Assembly (NCBI GenBank): GCA_964508495.1
Contig: CAZDUA010000004.1
Span: forward strand, 290-64,289
Source of the DNA: an uncultured Methanosarcinales archaeon
GTDB lineage: Archaea > Nanobdellota > Nanobdellia > Woesearchaeales > ARS49
DNA length: 64,000 nt
Direction of reading: 5' to 3'
Under the pieces are notes generated by a model, which saw only the letters and a list, made by a program, of their open reading frames with translations, searched no databases and was not told where the DNA came from. The position numbers were made by a program, and so were the translations under genes. This document shows, in pieces, positions 30,691-39,379 of this stretch. Positions within the stretch are counted from its first letter, which is position 1. Each line of letters opens with the position of its first letter.

Positions 30691-30692
30691 CT

Positions 30693-31166
30693 TTATCCAC
30701 CTGCAGGACCGCTCTTCTTACCGGACGTTCTAACACCCATAACTTTACCCTTGTTAGCTCTGAAATTGCTACGAGTACGCTGACCCCTAACAGGAGCGTT
30801 GAAAGAATGACGAACACCCTTGTAACACTTAATACGCTTCATCAACTTGATGTCGTTTTCCTTGTTGAAAATTAAATCGTTAGTTATAACGTGCTTGTCA
30901 ACACCAGTATCCAAATCCTTGCGCCTGTTCATAAGCCAACTAGGCAAAGACTGCTTTTCAAGACCCTTAACCATATCATCAAGCCTCTTAACATCAACAT
31001 CAGAAAGATTACCAGACTTAGACATGCCATCAATCTTGGCCAAACGACAAACAGCAACAGCAAGAGGGATACCAACACCACGAATGTCCTTCAGCGCGTA
31101 AACTATCGCTTTCTTACCATCCAAATCAGTGTTTGCGATACGAACGAGGTGTTTGAATTCAGCCAT
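30693..31166 (-). CDS. rps13: 30S ribosomal protein S13 (uS13)
   Basis: FKHLVRIANTDLDGKK and KCYKGVRH. Start at MAEF. Confidence 0.95.
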   Translation of the reverse strand: MAEFKHLVRIANTDLDGKKAIVYALKDIRGVGIPLAVAVCRLAKIDGMSKSGNLSDVDVKRLDDMVKGLEKQSLPSWLMNRRKDLDTGVDKHVITNDLIFNKENDIKLMKRIKCYKGVRHSFNAPVRGQRTRSNFRANKGKVMGVRTSGKKSGPAGG

Positions 31167-31289
31167 TTTAGTTATTGGTAGAATGAAGTAATTCATCCCA
31201 CCCTAATACGCTCTCTTGAACTCGGGCGTTATTACACGAGGAAAGGGGGTTGTTTATAAAGGTTTCGTCAGAAGGTTTCGTCAGAGTTA

Positions 31290-31300
31290 GATTTATAAGG
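31290..31300 (+). promoter_or_regulatory. TATA-like box for tRNA-His
   Basis: gatttataagg lies about 28 nt upstream of the tRNA 5' end. Confidence 0.5.
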
Positions 31301-31323
31301 AATTACTATTGCCATAAACGTAT

Positions 31324-31395
31324 GGCGGCCGTGGTGTAATGGCAGCATAGGGGACTGTGACTCCTCTGACCCGAGTTCGATTCTCGGCGGTCGCC
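31324..31395 (+). tRNA. tRNA-His (GTG) with genome-encoded G-1
   Basis: G-1 plus GCGGCCG...CGGTCGC acceptor stem, anticodon arm GGGGA-CTGTGAC-TCCTC, T-arm CCGAGTTCGATTCTCGG, discriminator C. Confidence 0.9.
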
Positions 31396-31397
31396 CT

Positions 31398-31554
31398 CAA
31401 ACTTTCAGAAAGTTTGATCAAATTGCTTCTTGTTCTCATGCGAGAAGCATTTCATCACTGTTTGCTTTGCAAACAGGATTAAGACTCTTCTCTCATACTC
31501 ACAATGTCGCAAAAATCTCAATAAGACCGCAGAGTTCCGACAACCGCAGTTGGC
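31398..31554 (+). repeat. non-coding hairpin-rich element, copy A (3' of tRNA-His)
   Basis: A core of about 120 nt shared with 33894..34011. Flanked by gattctcggcggtcgccctca (31379-31399) and gatactcggcggtcgcactca (31555-31575). Confidence 0.8.
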
Positions 31555-31572
31555 GATACTCGGCGGTCGCAC

Positions 31573-32070
31573 TCAGCTTTTCTTTCTTAAATGAACAACC
31601 GCGCCAGGAAGAACATAACCAAGAACGTAAACAGCCCCAACAAGAATTGGATTATGAGGAGGAGTGGCGAGATTTAACAAAATAATCAACTTGTTGGAAA
31701 GAACTGCAAAAATACCGACATTAATCAAAGCAAGACAAGGAAGGAAAATGGACGCAATAATGTGCTGGTCCTTTTTCAACTTCTCAATACCATGCAAGAT
31801 GAAACTAAACACCCAGCCAAAACTCGCGCCGATAAAGAAAAGAGAGAAGTAAAGAGCGGCGCCTTTCAAAATGAGCAGGAAAGGAACAAGAACAACAGAG
31901 ACAATAAAATTTGCTACAATAGCAAGGAAAAGAAGAAGCCAATACAAAGTGCCATCAACAGTCTTAACCCAGCTCGACTTCCTTCTTTCAGCCTCTCCAA
32001 GAATCTTCTCAGTCTTAACAGCAAGTTCAGGAGTCCAATCTTTGTGCATATCTTTGTGCATGTGAGTCAT
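31573..32070 (-). CDS. integral membrane protein (165 aa, about 4 TM)
   Basis: Hydrophobic helices. Overlaps the stop of the MinD-like gene (ATGA), suggesting an operon. Confidence 0.5.
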   Translation of the reverse strand: MTHMHKDMHKDWTPELAVKTEKILGEAERRKSSWVKTVDGTLYWLLLFLAIVANFIVSVVLVPFLLILKGAALYFSLFFIGASFGWVFSFILHGIEKLKKDQHIIASIFLPCLALINVGIFAVLSNKLIILLNLATPPHNPILVGAVYVLGYVLPGAVVHLRKKS

Positions 32071-32795
32071 GGAACGATACCAAGCTTAGCCAAAAGAGAC
32101 ACGGCTCGAACAGGAGATTGATATTCCAAGTTCATAAGTTTTGCGGCAATCTGCTTCAAAGAAGTGCTGGCCTGCAGTTCAGGATGAAATTCAACAATAG
32201 AATAACCATGACGCAAAGCCTCCCTCATCAAAGGCTCAGCAGGAATAACGCCGAGCAACGGCTTATGAACGACCTGCATAATGTTGTCAGTAGATAAGTC
32301 AACACCATCATCATGCATGCGATTGATTATAATGCTATGAACATTGCACAACTTAGAAAGCTTCTGAACTTCCAAAACACTCGGAAAATCAGGCTGGGCG
32401 ACAAGGATAGTCTCACACTTAGTATCATACCATTTCACGTCAAGAGTAGGAACGTCAATGATAACTACATCCGCGAGCTTTTTCAGCTGAGGCAACAAAA
32501 TGGAAGGATGCGGAACGTCAACAAAGTTCAAACCGCTCAACAACAATTTAATTCCTGAAGGACGCTGATAAATTGCGTCCTTTAATGAACGAGCACCCAA
32601 CAAAACATCCTGAATGGTATGATTTGCTAAAGGCATGCCAACATGATGGCAAAGCTTAGGAGTCTTCAAATCACCATCAACAAGAAGAACATCAAAACCA
32701 AAATGGCGCAAGCAAAAAGCCAGATTTTTAGCTATCGTAGTCTTGCCCTGACCTGCATTTCCAGATATGAGAAAAACCTTATTCACTTGGTCCAT
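32067..32795 (-). CDS. MinD/ParA-family P-loop ATPase
   Basis: Deviant Walker A ISGNAGQGKTTIAKNLA and VLLVDGDLKTP. Confidence 0.8.
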   Translation of the reverse strand: MDQVNKVFLISGNAGQGKTTIAKNLAFCLRHFGFDVLLVDGDLKTPKLCHHVGMPLANHTIQDVLLGARSLKDAIYQRPSGIKLLLSGLNFVDVPHPSILLPQLKKLADVVIIDVPTLDVKWYDTKCETILVAQPDFPSVLEVQKLSKLCNVHSIIINRMHDDGVDLSTDNIMQVVHKPLLGVIPAEPLMREALRHGYSIVEFHPELQASTSLKQIAAKLMNLEYQSPVRAVSLLAKLGIVP

Positions 32796-33252
32796 GCATC
32801 ATCTTAGAAACGTAATTTAAAAATTCTTTGGTACGCTCAAAATAATCAGAAATAATGTCTATCGTAATTTCGATTTTTTCTCCTTCTAAATGAGCCGTCA
32901 TGGTAACATGGCGCCTGTATTCCTGCGTACGGTCAAACTTTGCCTTGTCAATCTTGCGAAGAACAAGATAAAAATCACAGAAATCGGTAATAAAACGGTC
33001 AGAAGAATAAAGTGTTGTAACCTGCTCGAACTTAACACGAGGCAACTCAGAACTCTCAGCAGCCCTATTCTGAGACTTTGCATAGTCCACCAGAGTATCC
33101 AGGCCAAAACCAATAGTGTTAATCAAACGCTCAATAATACTCTTAATAACGTCAACAGTACGAGTATACTTCAAACTAACCGCGATACTATGATCTGCCC
33201 GTTTCAATTCCTGAAAGGCCAGCTGTAATGATTCTTCCGGACTCATACACAC
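32779..33252 (-). CDS. hypothetical helical protein (157 aa)
   Basis: Intact ORF overlapping the MinD-like gene's start. No motif recognised. Confidence 0.45.
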   Translation of the reverse strand: MCMSPEESLQLAFQELKRADHSIAVSLKYTRTVDVIKSIIERLINTIGFGLDTLVDYAKSQNRAAESSELPRVKFEQVTTLYSSDRFITDFCDFYLVLRKIDKAKFDRTQEYRRHVTMTAHLEGEKIEITIDIISDYFERTKEFLNYVSKMMHGPSE

Positions 33253-33342
33253 TCCGAGAAAAATGCCTCAACCGATGTCTTCATACACTCACTACGCCAC
33301 TAGCGGCGCAATATACGAGAAAAGACGATGAAATATATAAAT

Positions 33343-33672
33343 TCACTGTAGATTAAGTATGGCCTGAGCCAAATCGCCCTTGGAAGCCTTAATGGCGGCC
33401 AAAGCGTCCTCTTTAGAAGCCTTAGTCTGGTCCATAACAGTCTGAATGTCCTCATCCTTAATATCAGGCTCAGAAGAACGAGCTTTTTCTATTGCAGCGC
33501 CCGTTATTTGCCAAGTTTCCTGGCCCATCATGTTCACCTTAGCAACCTGAGGGTTCTGGATAACGATATCCTTGTCAGAACAACGGATAATAACTTCATT
33601 AGCATCAACTTCCTGCTGTTGAATGCCCATACGCTGCATTGCCTTAGCCACATCACGAGGATTAAGCTTCAT
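33343..33672 (-). CDS. nac: nascent polypeptide-associated complex protein (NAC, with UBA)
   Basis: MKLNPRDVAKAMQRMGI...IQNPQVAKVNMMGQETWQI NAC domain plus a C-terminal UBA-like SKEDALAAIKASKGDLAQAIL. Confidence 0.85.
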   Translation of the reverse strand: MKLNPRDVAKAMQRMGIQQQEVDANEVIIRCSDKDIVIQNPQVAKVNMMGQETWQITGAAIEKARSSEPDIKDEDIQTVMDQTKASKEDALAAIKASKGDLAQAILNLQ

Positions 33673-33845
33673 GCCAGTCCTAGAAAGGAAGAACCCCAAA
33701 TGTGCAATGCTACAACAATAAGCATGATTACGACTGCAAAAGTGATTATATGACCTGGCTTGAACTCAATCTTACTATGATAGTCATCAAAATAAGTAGT
33801 AATACCCGCAGTACTCATCGGCATTCTCGTCTTGTCTTGCGCCAT
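33669..33845 (-). CDS. secG: Sec61-beta/SecG-type translocon subunit
   Basis: 58-aa protein: STAGITTYFDDY followed by a single C-terminal TM helix. The ORF-track N-terminal extension runs into repeat copy B. Confidence 0.65.
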   Translation of the reverse strand: MAQDKTRMPMSTAGITTYFDDYHSKIEFKPGHIITFAVVIMLIVVALHIWGSSFLGLA

Positions 33846-33893
33846 AGTGTTTGGTTTTTCGTTCTGATATAAAAATATAGTGGGGTTTGGCAC

Positions 33894-34032
33894 CAAACTT
33901 TCGGAAAGTTTGATCAAATCGCTCCTCGCTCGGGACTCGAGAAGCATTCTGATAAATCCCTAACGGGATGTTCAATACTCTTCTCTCGCCACTCACGATG
34001 TCGCGAAACCCGATTCTAGCTTTAAATATAAA
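33894..34032 (+). repeat. non-coding hairpin-rich element, copy B (3' of RNase P RNA)
   Basis: Shares its core with 31398..31520. Flanked by gtggggtttggcaccaa (33880-33896) and gcggggttgggcacgaa (34033-34049, the RNase P RNA 3' end). Confidence 0.8.
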
Positions 34033-34363
34033 GCGGGGTTGGGCACGAATAAGCTGCCTTTTGTACGCCTCCAACCAATGATAATCATCGGTGATGGTAT
34101 TACCCATCTGGACAGGCGAATTTGGGCATTCAACTAAGCGCACGTTCTGTGCTTGCACCGGCGAGGGCTATCCGTTTCATCCAATCGCGTAAGAACGTCC
34201 GCGCGTATGCCCGTGTCGCCACAGGAGTCACGCTTCCTCCTACTTACGCAAGGTCCGTTTCTGTGATGGAGCCAACCATTACTGATTCTCTTTGCAGAGT
34301 CGCCTTTTGATGGTGGGCAGACTTTCCTCAGCATTCGCCGAAGCCCAATACCTGCCCAACCCC
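34033..34363 (-). ncRNA. rnpB: RNase P RNA
   Basis: The minus strand begins GGGGUUGGGCAGG and ends CGUGCCCAACCCCGC (P1). It contains CR-I GCUGAGGAAAGUCUGCCC, GGAUGAAACGG, and the CR-IV/V-like ACAGAACGUGCGCUUAG. A TATA-like box lies upstream. Confidence 0.85.
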
Positions 34364-34394
34364 AATATAAACCTATATACTGCAGTATATAAAT

Positions 34395-35489
34395 TTATTG
34401 CTTTGAGAATACGAGTATAAACAGTTCTTCAGCGCCCTGCATTACTTTTCTTTCGCTTTCAACCTTGAATTTGAACTCTTCAGCTTTTTTCTTCAGAATG
34501 TCAACGCCGCGCTTCATGACAACACAGATTTTGCCGGACTTTTTCAAGATGAACTCTGCTTGATAGAAGACTTGATGATAAATTTTCTCAACAGTCGCAT
34601 CAGCAATACTCCTGCCTGGCTGGACAGGAAGAGTTATTATGCGGTCGAGAAAATTCTTGCCAAACTTGGCATCAAGCCATTTCATATCAGCCCTGCTGAA
34701 CTCAATAGATTTAACCACGCCAGCAATCTTGGCATTCTTTCTAGAAGCAGAAACGTGCTTGAAATTATCATCCATGGCAATAATGGTTCCTTTGAAATCA
34801 GTCTCTTCGTCTTTCAATTCATACTTGAAATCAGGAAGACGAGAAAAACCAAGCCTTTCCTTGCCAAACTTATGAGAAGAAGTATTCGTGGCAAACAAAG
34901 CAGCCTCTATTGGAATAATTCCATGACGACAGAACGGGTCAAGAAGAGACTGCTTAGTTTCATAACCAGAAATCGGCAACAAAGCAGCAGCAATATTACC
35001 CTTCAAAGCATCAGTGCCAAGAAAAATACGATAATCTCTACGGCCAAGATCAATACCAGAAAAGTCAACACCCAAATAACCATCATTACCGTCAATCAAA
35101 AGGAAGAAAATAGTCTGAGGGCTTTTACGCTCAATAGTTACTTTATATTTCTCAACAAGAGCACGATTAAGCACAAGCTCAACATCAAAAGAAGTGAAAT
35201 CGTGCTTGCCTGTCCTTTCACATACTAAGACGGCAGTTTTGTCGATAAATGGAAGGTCTTTCAAGATTTCAGGGCCTGGAGTTCCTGACAGTTTGAACGA
35301 AGACAAAAGAAGAATAACTTTAGAAAAAGTACGACCATGATAACACAAGTCAACCAAGTCCTGCTCAGACTTACAAGAAAAAAACACTTTGCCAGGAGAA
35401 ATTTTAATATTTGAAGCAGAAATTAATTTTTTGATTTCATCAGCACTAACGTCCTCTAAGCCGATATGCGTTAGAACAAGCCCGTTCAT
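34395..35489 (-). CDS. THUMP-domain class I RNA methyltransferase (Trm14/RlmL-like)
   Basis: [17 protein letters not shown] (SAM motif I region), IIAMDDN, and an N-terminal THUMP-like region. Confidence 0.6.
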   Translation of the reverse strand: MNGLVLTHIGLEDVSADEIKKLISASNIKISPGKVFFSCKSEQDLVDLCYHGRTFSKVILLLSSFKLSGTPGPEILKDLPFIDKTAVLVCERTGKHDFTSFDVELVLNRALVEKYKVTIERKSPQTIFFLLIDGNDGYLGVDFSGIDLGRRDYRIFLGTDALKGNIAAALLPISGYETKQSLLDPFCRHGIIPIEAALFATNTSSHKFGKERLGFSRLPDFKYELKDEETDFKGTIIAMDDNFKHVSASRKNAKIAGVVKSIEFSRADMKWLDAKFGKNFLDRIITLPVQPGRSIADATVEKIYHQVFYQAEFILKKSGKICVVMKRGVDILKKKAEEFKFKVESERKVMQGAEELFILVFSKQ

Positions 35490-37927
35490 TCTTCTTCCAG
35501 AACAATCTTGGCAATACTAATGACTTTGTCCTTCTCATCCAATTTCATCACTCTTACGCCTTGAGTGTTCCTACCAATAACGCTAATACCATTGACAGGA
35601 GTACGAATAAGAACACCGTTCTGGGAAATAAGCATTAATTCATCACTATCTGTAACGCTGGCAATACTAACAACGCTGCCATTCTTATCAGTAATTTTGA
35701 TATTGATTACTCCAACACCGCCACGATTAATTAATCTATAATCAGAAATCGGAGAACGCTTACCATGACCATTCTCCGTGACAGTAACCAATGAAAGCTT
35801 ATCATCAGCAATAGTAGCGCCAACAACAAAATCATCACGCAATCTTATACCGATAACACCGGTTGCAGTTCTGCCCATAGGACGAACGTCAGATTCGTGG
35901 AATTTTACGGCCATACCTTGTTTTGTAGCAATAATGATCTGCTGATTACCATCAGTCAACATGACAGACTTAAGCTCGTCTTTTTCTTCCAAACCAAGAG
36001 CGATAATACCGCCCTTTCGCGGATTGCTGAATTCAGCCAGCGAAGTCTTCTTAACAGTACCATTAGCGGTAACCATGAACAAGAACTTATTTTCTTCAAA
36101 CTGCTTAACAGGAATAAACGCGGTAACTTTTTCTCCCTGGCTTAACTGAAGAAGGTTGACAATAGCAGTGCCTTTTGCATAACGGCCGGCCTCAGGCAGC
36201 TGATAAACCTTAATCCAGTGCACCTTGCCCAGACTGGTGAAAAATAGAATATAATCGTGAGTATTTGCAACGAACAAGTTCTCAATAAAGTCCTCTTCCT
36301 TAGCTTCTGCAGCAATAATGCCCTTGCCACCACGACGCTGCTGTTTATAGGTGTCCATTGGAAGACGCTTGACGTAGCCTGCATGAGTTATAGTAATGAC
36401 ATCATCTTCAGGCTTGATGAGAGATTCCTCCTCCATGGCAGCAATCTCTGACTCCAAAACCTGCGTTCTACGAGCATCACCATACTTTTCTTTGAGTTCT
36501 AAAAGCTCTGCCTTGATGATGCCCAAAATTTTCTGCTCGCTGGCAAGAATATCCTTCAGGTCCTTGATAAGACGAATGAGGTCTTCATGCTCAGCGCGAA
36601 TCTTAGTCTGCTCAAGACTCGTCAGCCTGCGCAAAGTCATATCAAGAATAGCCTGCGCTTGTTTTTCTGACAGCTTATAGTCTTCCATCAATGATTTTTT
36701 AGCATCATCAGCAGACTTAGACCTCTTAATCAACTGAACAACAGCATCAATGTTGTTAAGTGCAACAATAAGGCCTTCCAACAAATGAGCCTTATTTTCG
36801 GCCTGCGTAAAATCAAACTGAGTACGCTTACGCACGACCAAACGACGATAGTCAATATAATTCTGAATAAAATCCTTCAAAGAAAGAAGACGAGGCTGAT
36901 TGTCAACAAGAGCAAGCATGTTAATGCCGAAAGTTTCTTGAAGGCGGCTGTGAGCGAATAATTGATTAAGAACAACATCAGAGTTAGCGCCCTGCTTAAG
37001 GTCAATGACAACACGCATTCCCTCACGGTCACTTTCATCACGCAAATCAGAAATGCCCTGAACTTTTTTATCTCTAACAAGGTCGGCAATAGCCTTAATG
37101 AGCTCGGACTTATTAACCATGTAAGGAATCTCGGTAACAATAATTCTCGTCTTGTTCTTGGCTTCCTCAATGCTAGTTTTAGCACGAACAACAATCCTGC
37201 CACGACCAGACTTGTAAGCCTCCCTCAAACCAGAAGTGCCCATGATAATTCCGCCAGTTGGAAAATCAGGAGCTTTAACAGACTGCATCAAAGAAGGAAT
37301 GTCAATATCAGGATTGTCTATTGTTTTTATGGTGGCATCGCAGACTTCCGACATGTTATGCGGAGGAATGTTAGTCGCCATACCAACAGCAATACCAGAG
37401 CTACCATTAATCAGCAGATTAGGAACTTTAGCAGGCAAGACAGAAGGCTCTTGCAAAGAACCATCAAAGTTAGGAACAAAATTAACAGTCTCTTTTTCGA
37501 TGTCCTGAAGCATTTCTTCCGCGAGCTTATTCAAACGAGCCTCAGTATAACGCATAGCTGCGGCATTATCACCATCAACAGAACCAAAATTGCCCTGACC
37601 TTGAACCAATGGATATCTTAATGAAAAGTCTTGCGCTAATCGAACCATTGCATCGTAAACCGACATATCACCATGAGGGTGATACTTACCAAGAACTTCA
37701 CCAACAATCCTTGCACTCTTCTTGGAAGGCTTGTTATGCAACATGCCCATATCGTACATTGCAAAAAGAACTCTGCGGTGAACCGGCTTAAGACCATCTC
37801 TCACGTCAGGAAGAGCACGGCCAACAATAACGGACATAGAATAATCTAAGTAAGAAGCCTTCATCTCCTGCTCGATAATGCGGGAGACAATCTTTTCTGG
37901 TTTTGGCTCTGGTTTTGCGTCAGACAT
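35486..37927 (-). CDS. gyrA: DNA gyrase subunit A
   Basis: [21 protein letters not shown] with the catalytic Tyr, and C-terminal beta-pinwheel repeats. Confidence 0.95.
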   Translation of the reverse strand: MSDAKPEPKPEKIVSRIIEQEMKASYLDYSMSVIVGRALPDVRDGLKPVHRRVLFAMYDMGMLHNKPSKKSARIVGEVLGKYHPHGDMSVYDAMVRLAQDFSLRYPLVQGQGNFGSVDGDNAAAMRYTEARLNKLAEEMLQDIEKETVNFVPNFDGSLQEPSVLPAKVPNLLINGSSGIAVGMATNIPPHNMSEVCDATIKTIDNPDIDIPSLMQSVKAPDFPTGGIIMGTSGLREAYKSGRGRIVVRAKTSIEEAKNKTRIIVTEIPYMVNKSELIKAIADLVRDKKVQGISDLRDESDREGMRVVIDLKQGANSDVVLNQLFAHSRLQETFGINMLALVDNQPRLLSLKDFIQNYIDYRRLVVRKRTQFDFTQAENKAHLLEGLIVALNNIDAVVQLIKRSKSADDAKKSLMEDYKLSEKQAQAILDMTLRRLTSLEQTKIRAEHEDLIRLIKDLKDILASEQKILGIIKAELLELKEKYGDARRTQVLESEIAAMEEESLIKPEDDVITITHAGYVKRLPMDTYKQQRRGGKGIIAAEAKEEDFIENLFVANTHDYILFFTSLGKVHWIKVYQLPEAGRYAKGTAIVNLLQLSQGEKVTAFIPVKQFEENKFLFMVTANGTVKKTSLAEFSNPRKGGIIALGLEEKDELKSVMLTDGNQQIIIATKQGMAVKFHESDVRPMGRTATGVIGIRLRDDFVVGATIADDKLSLVTVTENGHGKRSPISDYRLINRGGVGVINIKITDKNGSVVSIASVTDSDELMLISQNGVLIRTPVNGISVIGRNTQGVRVMKLDEKDKVISIAKIVLEEE

Positions 37928-38003
37928 AAAAGAAACCTTTATCGACGATAAAAAGGAGATTTTAGGGCTTTATAATGGTTATTATTTTCAATATGGAAAA
38001 TTA

Positions 38004-38150
38004 TTACAGATTTGACTTCAGAATCGCGGTCCTAATTACGAAATTCTTCCCGCAATAAACACACCTTTTTGACTTATTACCAATAATATCAGAACGCGAC
38101 TCGTACAACATATGATTGCCACAATGACGGCACTTCAAGAATAATTTCAT
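38004..38150 (-). CDS. small zinc-ribbon protein (48 aa; below the ORF-track cutoff)
   Basis: Hand translation: MKLFLKCRHCGNHMLYESRSDIIGNKSKRCVYCGKNFVIRTAILKSNL (CxxC...CxxC). Its ATG overlaps the scpB TGA (ATGA). Confidence 0.5.
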   Translation of the reverse strand: MKLFLKCRHCGNHMLYESRSDIIGNKSKRCVYCGKNFVIRTAILKSNL

Positions 38151-39379
38151 TCCTTGTTTTCTTCCTCTTCAGGCTCACCAGACAACATTTTCTTAATCTT
38201 CTCCTCAATCTTAGCTTCCATCTCAGGGGGAACACCCTTAGGATACAAACCCTTGCCCTCCTCAAACGTCTTTTGTTTCATACGGGCAGTCTTTTCAGCA
38301 GCCTCTTTAGAAATCTTCTGTTCAGAAGTCAGAACAACCTCTTCGACTTTTTCCTCTCTCTTCTCAGGCAAAATAATCTCATCAGGTTTTTCTTCCTTTA
38401 CTAGCTTGTGCTTCTTTTCTTTCAAGGGCTTTCCGACTTTAGGAACTTCAAGAACTGGCGCTTCTTCAGCAACTTCCTCAACTGACTTTGCTGCTTCTTC
38501 CAACGACTCAGGAATTACTGGCTTTTCAACGTGCTCTCTAGGATGATGAACAGCATGAGCGTGCTTATGATGAGGCTTTTTCTTATGATGATGTTTTTTG
38601 TGCGGGTGCTCTTCAACAGGAACAAGAGGACGCTCATCAGGAGGAATACTCTCCAACGGAACATCATACACTGGAAGTTCGCCAACTTTTTCCTCAACAA
38701 TCTCAATACCAGTAGGAAGCAATTCCTGAACAGGCTGGATAACAGGATATTCCTCCAACTTTTGCGGAGCGCCATTATCAGGCTGCAAAACAATCTGAGG
38801 ATTCTCCAACTGCTCAGCAGTAGTCTTGCGCTGGTCTACTCCAAACTGCTCTATCTCCGTCTCCTTAGCCTCAATGGCCTTCTCAACATCACCCGCACTC
38901 GTAAACTTCTGCTTCAACTTAGAAGGGTCGATGTCAAAATATTCAAAAAATTTTGGAGTCAACTTGACAAGCTTAGACCTGCCGCTCTTCTCCCTCGTAA
39001 TAAAACCAGAATTCTCAAGCTGGGACAAATGATCATACGCCTTATTAGTCCTAATCTTAACGACTTTTGACTGAAGAACAGGAGCTTTGTAAGCAACAAC
39101 GGCCAAAGTCTCAAGATGCCCCTTGGGAAGCTCGGTCTTAGTTACAACCTTCTTAATCACACCAACATACTTTTCCCTAACGGTAAGCTTCCAAGCACTA
39201 CCATCCTGCAAAAGCATAGTAGGACTACCAGAAGAATCCAACAAAATCTTCCATTCTTCCAAGACAGCAAGAACTTCAGATTCTGAACGCTTGCAAAGCT
39301 TGGCCAGCTCAGAAAGCTCCAGCTTCCTTGCAGCGGCAAACGAGATAGCCTCTACAACGCGCTTAAGCTCTTCATCCAT
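38147..39379 (-). CDS. scpB: ScpB-like segregation/condensation protein with long charged His/Lys/Glu-rich tail
   Basis: Two N-terminal winged-helix modules (VVEAISFAAARKLELSEL; LETLAVVAYKAPVLQSKVVKIR...GFI). About 230 aa of low-complexity C-terminus includes HPHKKHHHKKKPHHKHAHAVHH. Confidence 0.75.
   Translation of the reverse strand: MDEELKRVVEAISFAAARKLELSELAKLCKRSESEVLAVLEEWKILLDSSGSPTMLLQDGSAWKLTVREKYVGVIKKVVTKTELPKGHLETLAVVAYKAPVLQSKVVKIRTNKAYDHLSQLENSGFITREKSGRSKLVKLTPKFFEYFDIDPSKLKQKFTSAGDVEKAIEAKETEIEQFGVDQRKTTAEQLENPQIVLQPDNGAPQKLEEYPVIQPVQELLPTGIEIVEEKVGELPVYDVPLESIPPDERPLVPVEEHPHKKHHHKKKPHHKHAHAVHHPREHVEKPVIPESLEEAAKSVEEVAEEAPVLEVPKVGKPLKEKKHKLVKEEKPDEIILPEKREEKVEEVVLTSEQKISKEAAEKTARMKQKTFEEGKGLYPKGVPPEMEAKIEEKIKKMLSGEPEEEENKE

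Noticed and set aside
31261-31286. The tandem 13-mer as a CRISPR or minisatellite array.
   Set aside because: There are only two adjacent units with no spacers. No CRISPR-like repeat-spacer array was seen anywhere in the window.
31398-31425. The dyad caaactttcNgaaagtttg as an origin recognition box (ORB) / replication origin.
   Set aside because: No orc1/cdc6 gene is adjacent and there is no AT-rich unwinding element. The G-run next to copy B belongs to the duplicated RNase P end and is on the wrong side and strand for an ORB.
31540-31575. The distal copy of the tRNA-His 3' end as the 3' half of a split or permuted tRNA (as in Nanoarchaeum).
   Set aside because: A complete, contiguous tRNA-His with good cloverleaf geometry already exists at 31324..31395. 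The distal copy has a disrupted T-arm and no matching 5' half.
31467-31685. 72-aa plus-strand ORF spanning repeat copy A.
   Set aside because: It crosses the element boundary and the end of the membrane-protein gene. It has no counterpart in copy B, and its composition is implausible for a protein.
33253-33342. A possible third, degenerate fragment of the repeat core (catacactcactacgccac).
   Set aside because: The similarity is limited to about 12 nt of low-complexity sequence, with no hairpins and no flanking duplication.
33846-33947. N-terminal 34-aa extension of the Sec61-beta ORF.
   Set aside because: The extension runs through the duplicated RNase P 3' end and the repeat's first hairpin. 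A TATA-like box sits inside it, and MAQDK... gives a protein of typical Sec61-beta length.
33787-34158. 123-aa minus-strand ORF (and the 34122..34334 ORFs) in the GC-richer region.
   Set aside because: The region is better explained as RNase P RNA (CR-I, CR-IV/V-like motifs, terminal P1 helix) plus repeat copy B.
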